DNA of 64,000 nucleotides from Alphaproteobacteria bacterium (GTDB lineage: Bacteria > Pseudomonadota > Alphaproteobacteria > UBA9219 > RFNS01): assembly GCA_016124955.1 (NCBI GenBank), contig WGMR01000008.1, positions 18,004 through 82,003 on the forward strand, read 5' to 3'. Below, piece after piece: positions 9,191-18,290 of the stretch (its first letter is position 1; each line of letters opens with the position of its first letter). The notes beneath the pieces were generated by a model that saw only the letters and a program-made list of their open reading frames with translations, made no database searches and was not told the origin of the DNA. The translations under genes and the position numbers were made by a program.

Positions 9191-10075
9191 ATGGACGGCA
9201 AAAAGCGTGATTTTCTGAAAGTTGTGGGCGCGGCAGGTCTTGGCGCTTCGGCGGCCGGGCTGGCTTCATGCGGCCGCGAAAACACGGCGATCGAGCGCGA
9301 CGCCGATCCGATCGAGCGTGTGCTGCGCACCAACAAGCTGCGCGCCGGCTATATTCTTTATGACGTGATGGTGAAGCGCGACCCGGCCACCGGCCGGCTC
9401 GGCGGCCTTGTCCATGACGTGGCGCAGAAGGCCGCGAAGAATATCGGCGTCGAAATCGAATGGAGCGAAGAAGTTTATTTTGGCAACGCCTTCGAAGGGC
9501 TCAACACGGGCCGTTATGACGTTGTGTTTGCCAATCTGTGGCCCACCGGCCCCCGTATTCGCGCCGCCGGTTTCTGTCAGCCCATGTTCTACAGCGGGCT
9601 TGGCATCTATGCCCGCCCCGGCAACGCAGCGCGCTTCAAGACTGTGCGCGATATCAACGATCCTGGCGTGACCATCAGCACGATCGACGGCGATATTTCC
9701 GCCTATGTGATCGAAGACCGTTTCAGCAGCGCCAAGGTTACTTCCATGCCGCTGAACACGGATTACGCCCAGATGCTGCTGAATGTCGGCATGGGCAAGG
9801 CCGATATCGTGCTGGCCGACATCGGTTTCGCCAACAGCTATATCAAGCAAAATCCCGGCAGCCTGACAGAACTGTTCCCCGGCCACCCCTTGCAGGTGTT
9901 CGCAAACTGCTTCGCCATGAACCACGATCACGCCAAGCTGAAATCCGTTGTCGATCAGTCGGTCGCGGAGCTGTTGAATCGTGGTACGGTGGATGAATAC
10001 ATTGAACGGTATGAAAAACTGCCCGGCGATTATCTGCGGGTCGCGAAAAGCTACCGGGAACAACGCGCTTCCTAG
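9191..10075 (+). CDS. Tat-secreted periplasmic solute-binding protein (amino-acid/family 3 type) of an ABC transporter
   Basis: The KRDFLKVVGAAGLGASAAG twin-arginine signal starts at the ATG at 9191. The body resembles family-3 SBPs. Confidence 0.65.
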   Translation: MDGKKRDFLKVVGAAGLGASAAGLASCGRENTAIERDADPIERVLRTNKLRAGYILYDVMVKRDPATGRLGGLVHDVAQKAAKNIGVEIEWSEEVYFGNAFEGLNTGRYDVVFANLWPTGPRIRAAGFCQPMFYSGLGIYARPGNAARFKTVRDINDPGVTISTIDGDISAYVIEDRFSSAKVTSMPLNTDYAQMLLNVGMGKADIVLADIGFANSYIKQNPGSLTELFPGHPLQVFANCFAMNHDHAKLKSVVDQSVAELLNRGTVDEYIERYEKLPGDYLRVAKSYREQRAS

Positions 10076-10189
10076 GCCTCGTGGCGTTTGGGCTTGTGTC
10101 CTGCGCATGGCCCGGCACCATGAAAATGTCTTACAAATACCGTGCTGACGGGTTAACCTGTCTGCCCCGCCCGCGTTTGCCGGTATCGC

Positions 10190-11953
10190 ATGACCTTAGA
10201 ACAATCCCAGATCATCGCCCTGCTGGCCGTTACGCTGGCGCTCTTTATCTGCAACCGCTGGCGCTACGATATTGTCGCAGCGGCGGCGTTGTTCGCGGCG
10301 GTGGCGTTGGGGCTTGTGCCCGCCGCTGAAGCCTTTTCCGGCTTTGCCGACCCGGTCGTCACTACGGTCGCATGCGCGCTTATCCTCAGCTACGGCGTTG
10401 CGCAATCCGGTCTTCCTATCATCGTGCTCGATCGTTTTCAGGGTTTGATGCAAACACCTACGCTGCGCGTGCTGATTTTTTCGCTGCTGGTGGCGGTATG
10501 CTCTGCCTTCATCAATAACGTGGCGGCGCTGGCGCTGTTTCTGCCCGCCGCGATCGGAAGCGCAAAAACGGCCAAGCAATCGCCCAGCGCGCTGTTGATG
10601 CCGATGGCCTTCGCTTCCCTGCTTGGCGGGCTGACGACGTTAATAGGCACGCCGCCCAATCTTATGATTTCCGCCATTCGCGAAAAGATCACGGGCAAGC
10701 CCTATGAAATGTTCGATTTCGGGCCCGTCGGCATCGTGCTTGTAGTGATCGGCCTGCTTTATCTTGTGTATGCATGGCGCAAGCTGCCGATGCAGCGGGC
10801 GGGTGCGGCGCAGAACGAACAGTTTAATATCGAAGATTATTTGACCGAGGTTGTGGTCGGAGAAAAATCGCTGATTGTCGGCAAAACCATAGCCGAAATT
10901 GAAAAGATGGCGGAGGACAGTATCGCGGTGGTCGGTCTTACGCGCGGCAGCTTCCATCGCATTATAACCGGCACGAAAACGGTGGTTTTCGCGGGCGATG
11001 TGCTGGTGCTGGAAGGCGATCCGGAAACGCTGAATGATTTTGTTGTTCGCATGAAGCTCGAACTTGTGGGCGGCGACAAGAAAGGGGATGCGACCAAAAA
11101 AGAAACCGAAATTGCCGAAGCGATCATCACCGAAGCTTCTTCCCTGATTGGCCACAACAGCAAATCGTTCCAGTTGCGCACACGCTACCAGGTTAATTTG
11201 CTGGCGATCCGCCGGCGCGGCCGTAATATACGGCAAAGGCTCGGCAGCATCACGTTTGAAGAAGGCGATGTCATCGTGGTGCAAGGCTATGCCGGCAACC
11301 TCACGGCCGTGTTGCAATGGCTGCAATGTCTGCCGCTGGCACGGCGCGATCTCAAGCTCGGTCAAAGCCGCAAGCCGTGGCTTGTCGGTCTTGTGATGGC
11401 GGCTGTTATCACGCTAAGCGTGCTCAAGATTTTCCCGGTCGCCGTCGCCTTCCTTGCGGGCGTGCTGGCGCTCATTGTGCTCAAGCGCCTTTCTGCGGGC
11501 GACATATATAAGGCGGTCGATTGGCCCATCATCATACTTCTGGGTGCCATGATCCCGGTAACGGGCGCGCTTGAAACCACGGGCGCGGCGCAACTGATCG
11601 CGGGAACCATCGCCGGGCTTGCGCCCGGCCTTGGCGATTTGTGGGTTGTGGGCCTTGTGATGTTTGCAACCATGGCGATAACGCCGATGCTCAATAACGC
11701 GGCCACCGTTCTGCTTATGGCGCCGCTGGCGGTCAATTTGGGGCAGCAGATCGGGCTCGCGGTCGATCCGCTTTTGATGGCGGTTGCGATCGGCGCTTCG
11801 TGCGATTTTCTCACGCCGATCGGGCATCAATCGAACACGCTGGTAATGGGGCCCGGCGGCTACCGTTTCAGCGATTACTGGAAGCTCGGTCTGCCGCTCA
11901 GCATTTTCGTCCTTATTGGCGGTACGCTCATGATCGAGCTGGTATGGATGTAG
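10190..11953 (+). CDS. SLC13/DASS-family anion permease with two internal TrkA-C (RCK_C) domains
   Basis: 587 aa. Multi-TM halves flank two TrkA-C-like soluble inserts (e.g. VVVGEKSLIVGKTIAEIE). Confidence 0.75.
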   Translation: MTLEQSQIIALLAVTLALFICNRWRYDIVAAAALFAAVALGLVPAAEAFSGFADPVVTTVACALILSYGVAQSGLPIIVLDRFQGLMQTPTLRVLIFSLLVAVCSAFINNVAALALFLPAAIGSAKTAKQSPSALLMPMAFASLLGGLTTLIGTPPNLMISAIREKITGKPYEMFDFGPVGIVLVVIGLLYLVYAWRKLPMQRAGAAQNEQFNIEDYLTEVVVGEKSLIVGKTIAEIEKMAEDSIAVVGLTRGSFHRIITGTKTVVFAGDVLVLEGDPETLNDFVVRMKLELVGGDKKGDATKKETEIAEAIITEASSLIGHNSKSFQLRTRYQVNLLAIRRRGRNIRQRLGSITFEEGDVIVVQGYAGNLTAVLQWLQCLPLARRDLKLGQSRKPWLVGLVMAAVITLSVLKIFPVAVAFLAGVLALIVLKRLSAGDIYKAVDWPIIILLGAMIPVTGALETTGAAQLIAGTIAGLAPGLGDLWVVGLVMFATMAITPMLNNAATVLLMAPLAVNLGQQIGLAVDPLLMAVAIGASCDFLTPIGHQSNTLVMGPGGYRFSDYWKLGLPLSIFVLIGGTLMIELVWM

Positions 11954-12038
11954 GCGCGGCCGTGTTTTGCGGCCGATCAATGACTTAGGCGGGCATATAG
12001 CGCGTGCCTGCGCCGCCCGATTGGGCTATAAAATCTGC

Positions 12039-13268
12039 ATGGAAAACAGCAGTTTCAGTTTGCAGGGAAGGCGCATCCTGCTTGTTATATCGGGCGGGAT
12101 CGCGGCCTATAAAAGCCTCGATCTCATTCGCCGCCTGAAGGAACGCGGCGCCACGGTGCGCTGCATCCTCACCAAAGGCGGGGCGGAATTCGTCACGCCG
12201 CTTTCGGTTTCCTCGCTCTCCGGCGAAAAGGTCTATGACGATCTGTTCTCGCTCACGGACGAACATGAAATGGGGCATATCCGCCTTACGCGAACAGCCG
12301 ATCTTGCCGTTGTCGCGCCCGCAAGCGCGAACCTGATCGCGCGGCTGGCGCAAGGGCGCGCGGATGATCTTGCCAGCACGACTTTACTCGCGTCCGACAA
12401 ACCCATCCTTGTTGTCCCCGCCATGAACGCCAAGATGTGGCAAAGCGAAGCGGTGCAGGCGAACATTGCCGTGCTTGCGGCGCGTGGCACCATGCTGGTG
12501 CGGCCGGGCACGGGTGAAATGGCGTGCGGTGAAGTGGGCGAAGGCCGCATGGCCGAAGTCGCCGAGATTGTAGCGGACATCGAAAAATATTTTGCGCAGC
12601 CCGGCCCGCTTAGCGGCCGCCGCGCGCTTGTTACAAGCGGGCCAACGCATGAACCGCTCGATCCCGTGCGGTTCATTGGCAACCGGTCTTCGGGCAAGCA
12701 AGGCCATGCCATCGCCGCCGCGCTGGCGCGCGAAGGGGCGGCCGTGACGCTTGTTACCGGCCCCGTTGCGTTACCCGACCCTGCGGGCATCCGCACCATA
12801 CATGTTCAAACCGCGCGCGAAATGCTTGAAGCGTGCGAAGCCGCGTTGCCGGCCGATATCGCCGTGTGCGCCGCCGCGGTGGCCGATTGGCGCCCGGCTG
12901 AGGAAAGCGCGCAAAAACTGAAGAAGGGCGCCGCCGAACCCGCGCTGCGGCTGGTTGAAAACCCGGATATTCTGGCCATGATAGCGCGCGAAGGGAACAT
13001 TCGCCCCCGCCTTGTGGTTGGCTTTGCCGCTGAAACCGAAAAGGCGGATGAAAACGCCCGGCGCAAGCTTGCGGGTAAGAATTGCGACTGGATTGTTGTG
13101 AACGATGTTTCCGGCGGCGCGGTTTTCGATGCCGATGAAAACAAGGTCACGTTGCTTGCGCGCGATAGCGCGGGTAAGGTTGTGACAGAATCATGGGACG
13201 CCATGCCGAAGGACGATGTGGCGCGTTTGTTGGCGGCCCGCGTCTCCGATCATTTCAAGGCAGCCTAG
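12039..13268 (+). CDS. coaBC: Bifunctional phosphopantothenoylcysteine decarboxylase / phosphopantothenate-cysteine ligase
   Basis: Dfp family. The start is the MENSSF ATG at 12039 inside ORF 11967..13268. Confidence 0.9.
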   Translation: MENSSFSLQGRRILLVISGGIAAYKSLDLIRRLKERGATVRCILTKGGAEFVTPLSVSSLSGEKVYDDLFSLTDEHEMGHIRLTRTADLAVVAPASANLIARLAQGRADDLASTTLLASDKPILVVPAMNAKMWQSEAVQANIAVLAARGTMLVRPGTGEMACGEVGEGRMAEVAEIVADIEKYFAQPGPLSGRRALVTSGPTHEPLDPVRFIGNRSSGKQGHAIAAALAREGAAVTLVTGPVALPDPAGIRTIHVQTAREMLEACEAALPADIAVCAAAVADWRPAEESAQKLKKGAAEPALRLVENPDILAMIAREGNIRPRLVVGFAAETEKADENARRKLAGKNCDWIVVNDVSGGAVFDADENKVTLLARDSAGKVVTESWDAMPKDDVARLLAARVSDHFKAA

Positions 13269-13280
13269 GAATAGAAAAGC

Positions 13281-13748
13281 ATGAGCCAGATCAAGATCGC
13301 CGTTACCCGCCTTCCGCACGCCGAAGGGCTCGATCTTCCCGCCTATGCAACCGAACAGGCCGCCGGCATGGATCTGCAAGCGGCGGTGGCGCAAGATTTG
13401 GTGATCGCGCCGCAGGCACGTGCCCTGGTGCCTACGGGGCTGTGCATCGCGCTGCCGGAAGGCTATGAAGCGCAGGTGCGGCCGCGTTCCGGCCTTGCGC
13501 TCAAACATGGCGTGACGGTGCTCAATGCGCCCGGCACGGTCGATGCCGATTACAGGGGCGAGGTTGGCGTCATTCTCGCCAATACGGGCACCGAGCCTTT
13601 CACCATTACGCGCGGCATGCGCATTGCGCAGATGGTTATCGCCTCCTATACCCGTATCGGCTGGTCCGAAGTGCGGGAACTGCCGGCGTCCGCCCGCGGC
13701 GAAGGCGGATTCGGTTCCACGGGTACGATGCGGCGCACGGCGAATTGA
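13281..13748 (+). CDS. dut: dUTP diphosphatase
   Basis: 155 aa with dUTPase motifs ([24 protein letters not shown]). Confidence 0.9.
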   Translation: MSQIKIAVTRLPHAEGLDLPAYATEQAAGMDLQAAVAQDLVIAPQARALVPTGLCIALPEGYEAQVRPRSGLALKHGVTVLNAPGTVDADYRGEVGVILANTGTEPFTITRGMRIAQMVIASYTRIGWSEVRELPASARGEGGFGSTGTMRRTAN

Positions 13749-13762
13749 AACGGGATTAATTT

Positions 13763-15079
13763 ATGAATATTGCGATTCTTGGTGCCGGTTATGTCGGGCT
13801 TGTATCTGCGGCATGCTTCGCCGAATTCGGCCATACCGTTGTCTGTATCGATTCCAACAAGGAAAAAATCGCGCGCCTGCAAAAGGGCCAGATTCCCATT
13901 TATGAACCCGGTCTCGATGACCTGGTCGAACGCAACGCCGCCAAAGGCAATCTGAAGTTCGCAGATACGCTCGATGGCGCGGCGGCCGATGCCGACGCGA
14001 TTTTTATTGCCGTCGGAACGCCCAGCCGCCGCGGCGACGGGCATGCCGATCTTTCCTATGTTTACGCGGCCGCGAAGGATATCGCCGGGCGGCTTGATGG
14101 CTATACCGTGGTCGTGACCAAATCCACCGTGCCGGTCGGCACCGGGCGGGAGGTGCAGAAAATCATCCGCGAAGCCAACCCGGCTGCCGATTTCGATGTG
14201 TGCTCCAACCCGGAATTTTTGCGCGAAGGATCCGCGATCGGTGATTTCATGCGCCCGGACCGCGTGGTGATTGGCGCTGAAAATACCCGCGCGGGCGATG
14301 TGATGCGTGCGCTCTACCGGCCGCTCTATATCAACGAAACACCGGTGGTGCAGACCGGTCTGGAAACCGCCGAGCTGATCAAATATGCCGCCAACGCTTT
14401 CCTTGCCACCAAGATCACCTTTATCAACGAGATTGCGGATTTGTGCGAGCGTGTTGGCGCGGATGTGCAGGATGTCGCGCGCGGCATCGGGCTTGATGGC
14501 CGCATCGGCCGCAAGTTTTTGCATGCCGGGCCGGGTTTCGGCGGTTCGTGTTTCCCCAAAGATACGCTTGCGCTTGTGCGCACGGCACAGGAAGCGGGTT
14601 CGCCCATGCGTATCGTCGAAACCGTTGTGGATGTGAACGACAGGCGCAAGGCCAGCATGGCCACGCGCATCATGGATGCTTGCGGCGGGCCGAAGGGCGG
14701 CGGCGTGAAGGGCAAGACCATCGCCATTCTCGGGCTTACCTTCAAACCCAACACCGACGATATGCGCGATAGCGTCAGCCTCGAAATCGTCCCGGCATTG
14801 CAGAAAGCTGGCGCGGTTGTGCGCGCCTTCGATCCCGCCGGGATGGAATATGCCGCACGCGTTCTGCCGGGCGTGACCTTGTGCAAGGATGCCTATGATG
14901 CGCTTGCGGGCGCCGATTGCGCCGCCATTCTTACCGAATGGAACGAATTTCGCGCGCTCGATCTTGCCCGCCTGCGCAGCCTGATGCGGGCGCCGGTGGT
15001 GGTGGATTTACGGAATGTCTATAAGGGCGACGAGATGCGGGAAGCGGGAATCGCCTATGCATCGATAGGCCGCAGATAG
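13763..15079 (+). CDS. ugd: UDP-glucose 6-dehydrogenase
   Basis: 438 aa. N-terminal GAGYVGL Rossmann motif and the catalytic GGSCFPKD motif. Confidence 0.85.
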   Translation: MNIAILGAGYVGLVSAACFAEFGHTVVCIDSNKEKIARLQKGQIPIYEPGLDDLVERNAAKGNLKFADTLDGAAADADAIFIAVGTPSRRGDGHADLSYVYAAAKDIAGRLDGYTVVVTKSTVPVGTGREVQKIIREANPAADFDVCSNPEFLREGSAIGDFMRPDRVVIGAENTRAGDVMRALYRPLYINETPVVQTGLETAELIKYAANAFLATKITFINEIADLCERVGADVQDVARGIGLDGRIGRKFLHAGPGFGGSCFPKDTLALVRTAQEAGSPMRIVETVVDVNDRRKASMATRIMDACGGPKGGGVKGKTIAILGLTFKPNTDDMRDSVSLEIVPALQKAGAVVRAFDPAGMEYAARVLPGVTLCKDAYDALAGADCAAILTEWNEFRALDLARLRSLMRAPVVVDLRNVYKGDEMREAGIAYASIGRR

Positions 15080-15328
15080 TTTATTTTCACTATAAATCTG
15101 GTTAATAATGCTATTGTATATCATAGCAATATCAATATGTTATATTGCAATTAGGGTAAAGAAAAGCGGGCCAAAAAAAATCAAAACGAACGTTTTTATT
15201 TTCGCCTTATTTGGGCTAAACCCTAAGATTGCTTGAATATTTATATACATATTATTGGCAATAAATTACTATTTTGCGGAAAGCGAAATTGATGAGATTC
15301 CCGTTGCGCGTGCTGGGCTATAAGCGAC

Positions 15329-16423
15329 ATGGCTAGTAGTTCACCCAAGAACCTGTTTTCGGAAGACGAGAGCTATGAACTGGTCGCCATTGACCAGAAT
15401 AGCGATAAGGATTTTGTTGCCGAATTGGCGGGCGTGTACGCGGCCGGCTTCAACACGGTCAAAGAAGTCCAGCCGGAATGGGATCTGGAAGGGGCGCTCA
15501 AGCTTCTGAAGCAACGCTTGCAAAGACCTTCTGCAATCCTTGCGGTACGCGACAAAAAAACCGGCAAACTCTGCGCCGGGTTTTTTGCCGATATCATGCC
15601 CGGCAAAGACGGCATGCGCGTTTCTTCCTTCGATATCGTGGTGCTGCCCGAACATCGTAATAACCCGGAAGCAAGGTTGGGCACGAGGCTTCTGCACGAA
15701 GGCATGATCGCCGCCAATACGGCTAGCCGGCAGGAATTCGGGGAGGATTTGGCCGTCTGGGAAGGCCAGACATATAAAAAGCTTGCAGGGAAGCATCCAT
15801 ATGAATGGTGGATGGCCATGGATTACGAGCCGAAATCCCTGTTCCATATTGCCGCCGCAAGCATCACATGCCTGCCGAATTTGCCTGATGCAAATGTCGC
15901 TATCAAGCCATTGGATGTCTCAAATCACAGGGCTATGAAAAAAGTATCCGAGTTCATGGCAAGGAAATCCACCGGCCCGGACCAGGATGGACGAAACTGG
16001 TCGCCGGAACGCGCGAAAAAATATCTGGCCTATATGGCCAGATACAATCCATCGATCATCCGTGTTGCGTACGGAAAGCGCGGCGAAGTTATCGGCTGCT
16101 TTTTCGGTGACACGGTTTTGGGCCGTAGTGGTCCGCACATGACCGATACGCTGGTGTTCGCCGACAACGAAAAAATGTCGGAACAAAGCATAACCGCCTT
16201 GCTGGTCGAAGGGGTCAAGGCCGCCGATCATGCCGCGCAGGATCGTTATGGTAGCCAGCTCCGTGACGTTGAAATGCCCTACTGGTCAAGCAATCGGCAT
16301 ATATGGCCGATTCTGGAACGCGCCGGGCTGCAAGAAGACAAGGATTTCGTCCATGTCGTTGCCGATGCCGACAGGTTCAGGGATAAGATCAAGCTCAAGG
16401 CAAGCGCGCTTAATTTTGGCTAA
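15329..16423 (+). CDS. Hypothetical protein with two tandem degenerate GNAT-like (acyl-CoA N-acyltransferase fold) halves
   Basis: 364 aa. First half has a GNAT-like core (ILAVRDKKTGKLCAGFFADIM ... FDIVVLPEHRNNPEARLGTRLLHEGM). The second half has a weaker copy (GEVIGCFFGD ... TLVFADNEKMSEQSITALLVEGV). Lower GC than the host. No confident family assignment. Confidence 0.45.
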   Translation: MASSSPKNLFSEDESYELVAIDQNSDKDFVAELAGVYAAGFNTVKEVQPEWDLEGALKLLKQRLQRPSAILAVRDKKTGKLCAGFFADIMPGKDGMRVSSFDIVVLPEHRNNPEARLGTRLLHEGMIAANTASRQEFGEDLAVWEGQTYKKLAGKHPYEWWMAMDYEPKSLFHIAAASITCLPNLPDANVAIKPLDVSNHRAMKKVSEFMARKSTGPDQDGRNWSPERAKKYLAYMARYNPSIIRVAYGKRGEVIGCFFGDTVLGRSGPHMTDTLVFADNEKMSEQSITALLVEGVKAADHAAQDRYGSQLRDVEMPYWSSNRHIWPILERAGLQEDKDFVHVVADADRFRDKIKLKASALNFG

Positions 16424-16435
16424 TAAGGCCGGGCG

Positions 16436-17077
16436 CTATTTGGTCGGGACGACCGCTTCCTGCCAGAAAGCATCGAACTGTTGTATCAGCGATTTGATAA
16501 GCTGTTCCGAATATATCGAAACGATCATGACATCCTCGGCCGACGCTTTCATGTAGAAGATGACGTGATTGCCGAAAAGATAGTATGGCAGGGCGTGCGT
16601 GTGGTCTTTCCTTAGCCAGCGGTATTCACCGTATTTTGCGGCGAAGTTGGTGTCGCCATAAGGAATAAGGCACTTCGCATCGAGATTCTTGATGGTTCCC
16701 ATGCGATCAAGATGGGCTTTCGAATAGGCGGAAGTGAAGTTCTCCATCAGATTGTCGCTGAAGTTGAAGTGACGCGTAATCCCGCCTTCGGTCTTCATGG
16801 CGTCAAAGATGTCATCAAGGACTTGCTTGTACCCTTCGTGCCCGATGTAGGTTTTGACCAGCTCTTTGTGCTTTTGCACGCCTTCGTTTTCGGTAAACTC
16901 CACATCGCGTGCCCTGAAGGCCCGCACGATTGCTTCGGCGGTTGATTCCTGCGGGCGGAAGGTGCCGTGCTCAATATTCTTGATGGTTTCGGGGGATATG
17001 CTGGCGGCTTTGGCGAGATCGGCCCTCGTCCAGTCCAGCAGACCTCGTGCAGCGCGAAGTTGTGCGGGTGAGGGCAT
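16436..17077 (-). CDS. XRE-family HTH transcriptional regulator with uncharacterised ~140-aa C-terminal domain (paralog of 18291..19037)
   Basis: N-terminal LRAARGLLDWTRADLAKAASISPETIKNIEHG helix-turn-helix. The C-terminal domain carries a YGD...YGEYRW...YYLFG motif shared with the second regulator. Confidence 0.65.
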   Translation of the reverse strand: MPSPAQLRAARGLLDWTRADLAKAASISPETIKNIEHGTFRPQESTAEAIVRAFRARDVEFTENEGVQKHKELVKTYIGHEGYKQVLDDIFDAMKTEGGITRHFNFSDNLMENFTSAYSKAHLDRMGTIKNLDAKCLIPYGDTNFAAKYGEYRWLRKDHTHALPYYLFGNHVIFYMKASAEDVMIVSIYSEQLIKSLIQQFDAFWQEAVVPTK

Positions 17078-17258
17078 GGCGGTTTCTCTTGCTCTATTTG
17101 GCCTGTATCTGCTCGATTAACTACCATTTTAGGGTATTTGGCAAGTAAAGTAATAGTTTCGAGTTTTTTGCACTGCGTTAAATCATATTAACCTTAAAAA
17201 ATAATGCCTTAGATCATCTGTCTAACGCAGCATGAAACTATTTATGTTATTTAATTGA

Positions 17259-17268
17259 CCAATATTGG
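17259..17268. promoter_or_regulatory. 10-bp perfect palindrome CCAATATTGG in the divergent promoter between regulator 1 and the 120-aa gene
   Basis: Seen at 17259-17268 inside the AT-rich 268-bp gap 17078-17345. An inverted repeat CTGCGTTAAA/TCTAACGCAG also lies at 17174-17183 and 17222-17231. Confidence 0.3.
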
Positions 17269-17345
17269 CATGTATAAAGGCCATCATAGTTGGCGAATCG
17301 TTATCTATAAAAAACAGCTTGCACTTACTCAGCTATGGTTAAGAA

Positions 17346-17708
17346 ATGAATGTTAGAAGCAAAAAGATCATGAACGACAACAGCCGCAAACCAAAAACGG
17401 ATATGGACAGCGCACGCGATGCGCTGGCGCGCGACCTTGCTGATCTGAAGCAGATGAGCGATGCCGTCATGGCCGGTGAATGGGAAGGGCATAAACCGCG
17501 CGGCCTTTCAGAGTCGGAGATTATTTCCATCACCGCGCTTGTCAGCTATGTGGCGCATACACGCGGCAAGAAGGAAGACGATGTCCGCAATGGCCTGTTC
17601 GAACGTTTCGGCGTAGGCGAAATCGAAAGCCTTGCGCCTGCCGCTTATGACGATGCGGTGCGCTTCCTGGTCGATCAGGTGCCGGAAGACGCGACAGGCT
17701 CCGGCTAG
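17346..17708 (+). CDS. Hypothetical protein (120 aa)
   Basis: ORF in the islet, divergent from regulator 1. Its stop overlaps the end of small protein B by 4 nt (convergent). No recognisable domain. Confidence 0.35.
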   Translation: MNVRSKKIMNDNSRKPKTDMDSARDALARDLADLKQMSDAVMAGEWEGHKPRGLSESEIISITALVSYVAHTRGKKEDDVRNGLFERFGVGEIESLAPAAYDDAVRFLVDQVPEDATGSG

Positions 17709-17893
17709 GCTCCTTGTTGGGGGCCGGTAGCGGGCCCTGTTTCTCCTATTCTTGCAAAAGCCGTTTGCAACCGTTCTTCCTCGGTCATATGAACGGCGGC
17801 GGTATTTCCTGTGCGCGCCAGCTTCTCGATGATGACAAGCATATCGAAGGCGCCATCGGCGCCGTAACGCGCGATCATATCCGCATAACGCAT
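17705..17893 (-). CDS. Small hypothetical protein B (~63 aa), paralog of the adjacent upstream gene
   Basis: The likely start is MRYADMIARYGADGAFDMLVIIEKLARTGNTAAVHMTEEERLQTAFARIGE... It shares the EEERLQTA motif and overall pattern with protein A. It sits 7 nt downstream of A's stop. Confidence 0.4.
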   Translation of the reverse strand: MRYADMIARYGADGAFDMLVIIEKLARTGNTAAVHMTEEERLQTAFARIGETGPATGPQQGA

Positions 17894-17900
17894 GGGCTGG

Positions 17901-18104
17901 TTACCCCGCTGCATGCTTGATCGTTTCTGCCTCGTCGATCGGGCACACATCGTCAAGCCGGATCAGTGCGGTTTGCAGCCGTTCTTCTTCCCGCATTGCT
18001 AGCCGTGCGGCATCGGTCTGTATTTGCGCCATTTTCTCAAGCGACATGAGGATATCCATCGCCATGACCTTGCCGAATTTTTTACACATCTGTCCGTACG
18101 TCAT
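17901..18104 (-). CDS. Small hypothetical protein A (~67 aa), first of two tandem paralogs
   Basis: A GGAGGG Shine-Dalgarno lies 5 nt upstream of the ATG at 18104. Translation is MTYGQMCKKFGKVMAMDILMSLEKMAQIQTDAARLAMREEERLQTALIRLDD..., predicted helical. Confidence 0.45.
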   Translation of the reverse strand: MTYGQMCKKFGKVMAMDILMSLEKMAQIQTDAARLAMREEERLQTALIRLDDVCPIDEAETIKHAAG

Positions 18105-18231
18105 ATGTCCCTCCATTTTTCTATGAAGATTCAATCGCTTTAGCCTGCGTGCCACCTCTTGTCCTGTTGCCTGCGGTAACTGAAAACCGGTATTAAGATA
18201 ACATTTTGTTATTTTTATCGCTTGTTAATTC

Positions 18232-18245
18232 ACATTACGTAATGT
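18232..18245. promoter_or_regulatory. Perfect 14-bp palindrome ACATTACGTAATGT; candidate operator in the divergent promoter between small protein A and regulator 2
   Basis: Seen at 18232-18245 in the AT-rich 186-bp gap 18105-18290, about 46 nt upstream of the regulator-2 start codon. Confidence 0.4.
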
Positions 18246-18290
18246 AATAATACATGAAACGGAATTTTTGTCATCAGGAGAATTAATTTT

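Noticed and set aside
15296-15304. 9-nt match GATTCCCGT at the left edge of the islet to the T-arm/3' region of the bordering tRNA-Gly; possible att repeat
   Set aside because: The match is short and in inverted orientation relative to the tRNA gene, whereas integrase-generated att repeats are direct. No integrase gene is present. Likely chance.
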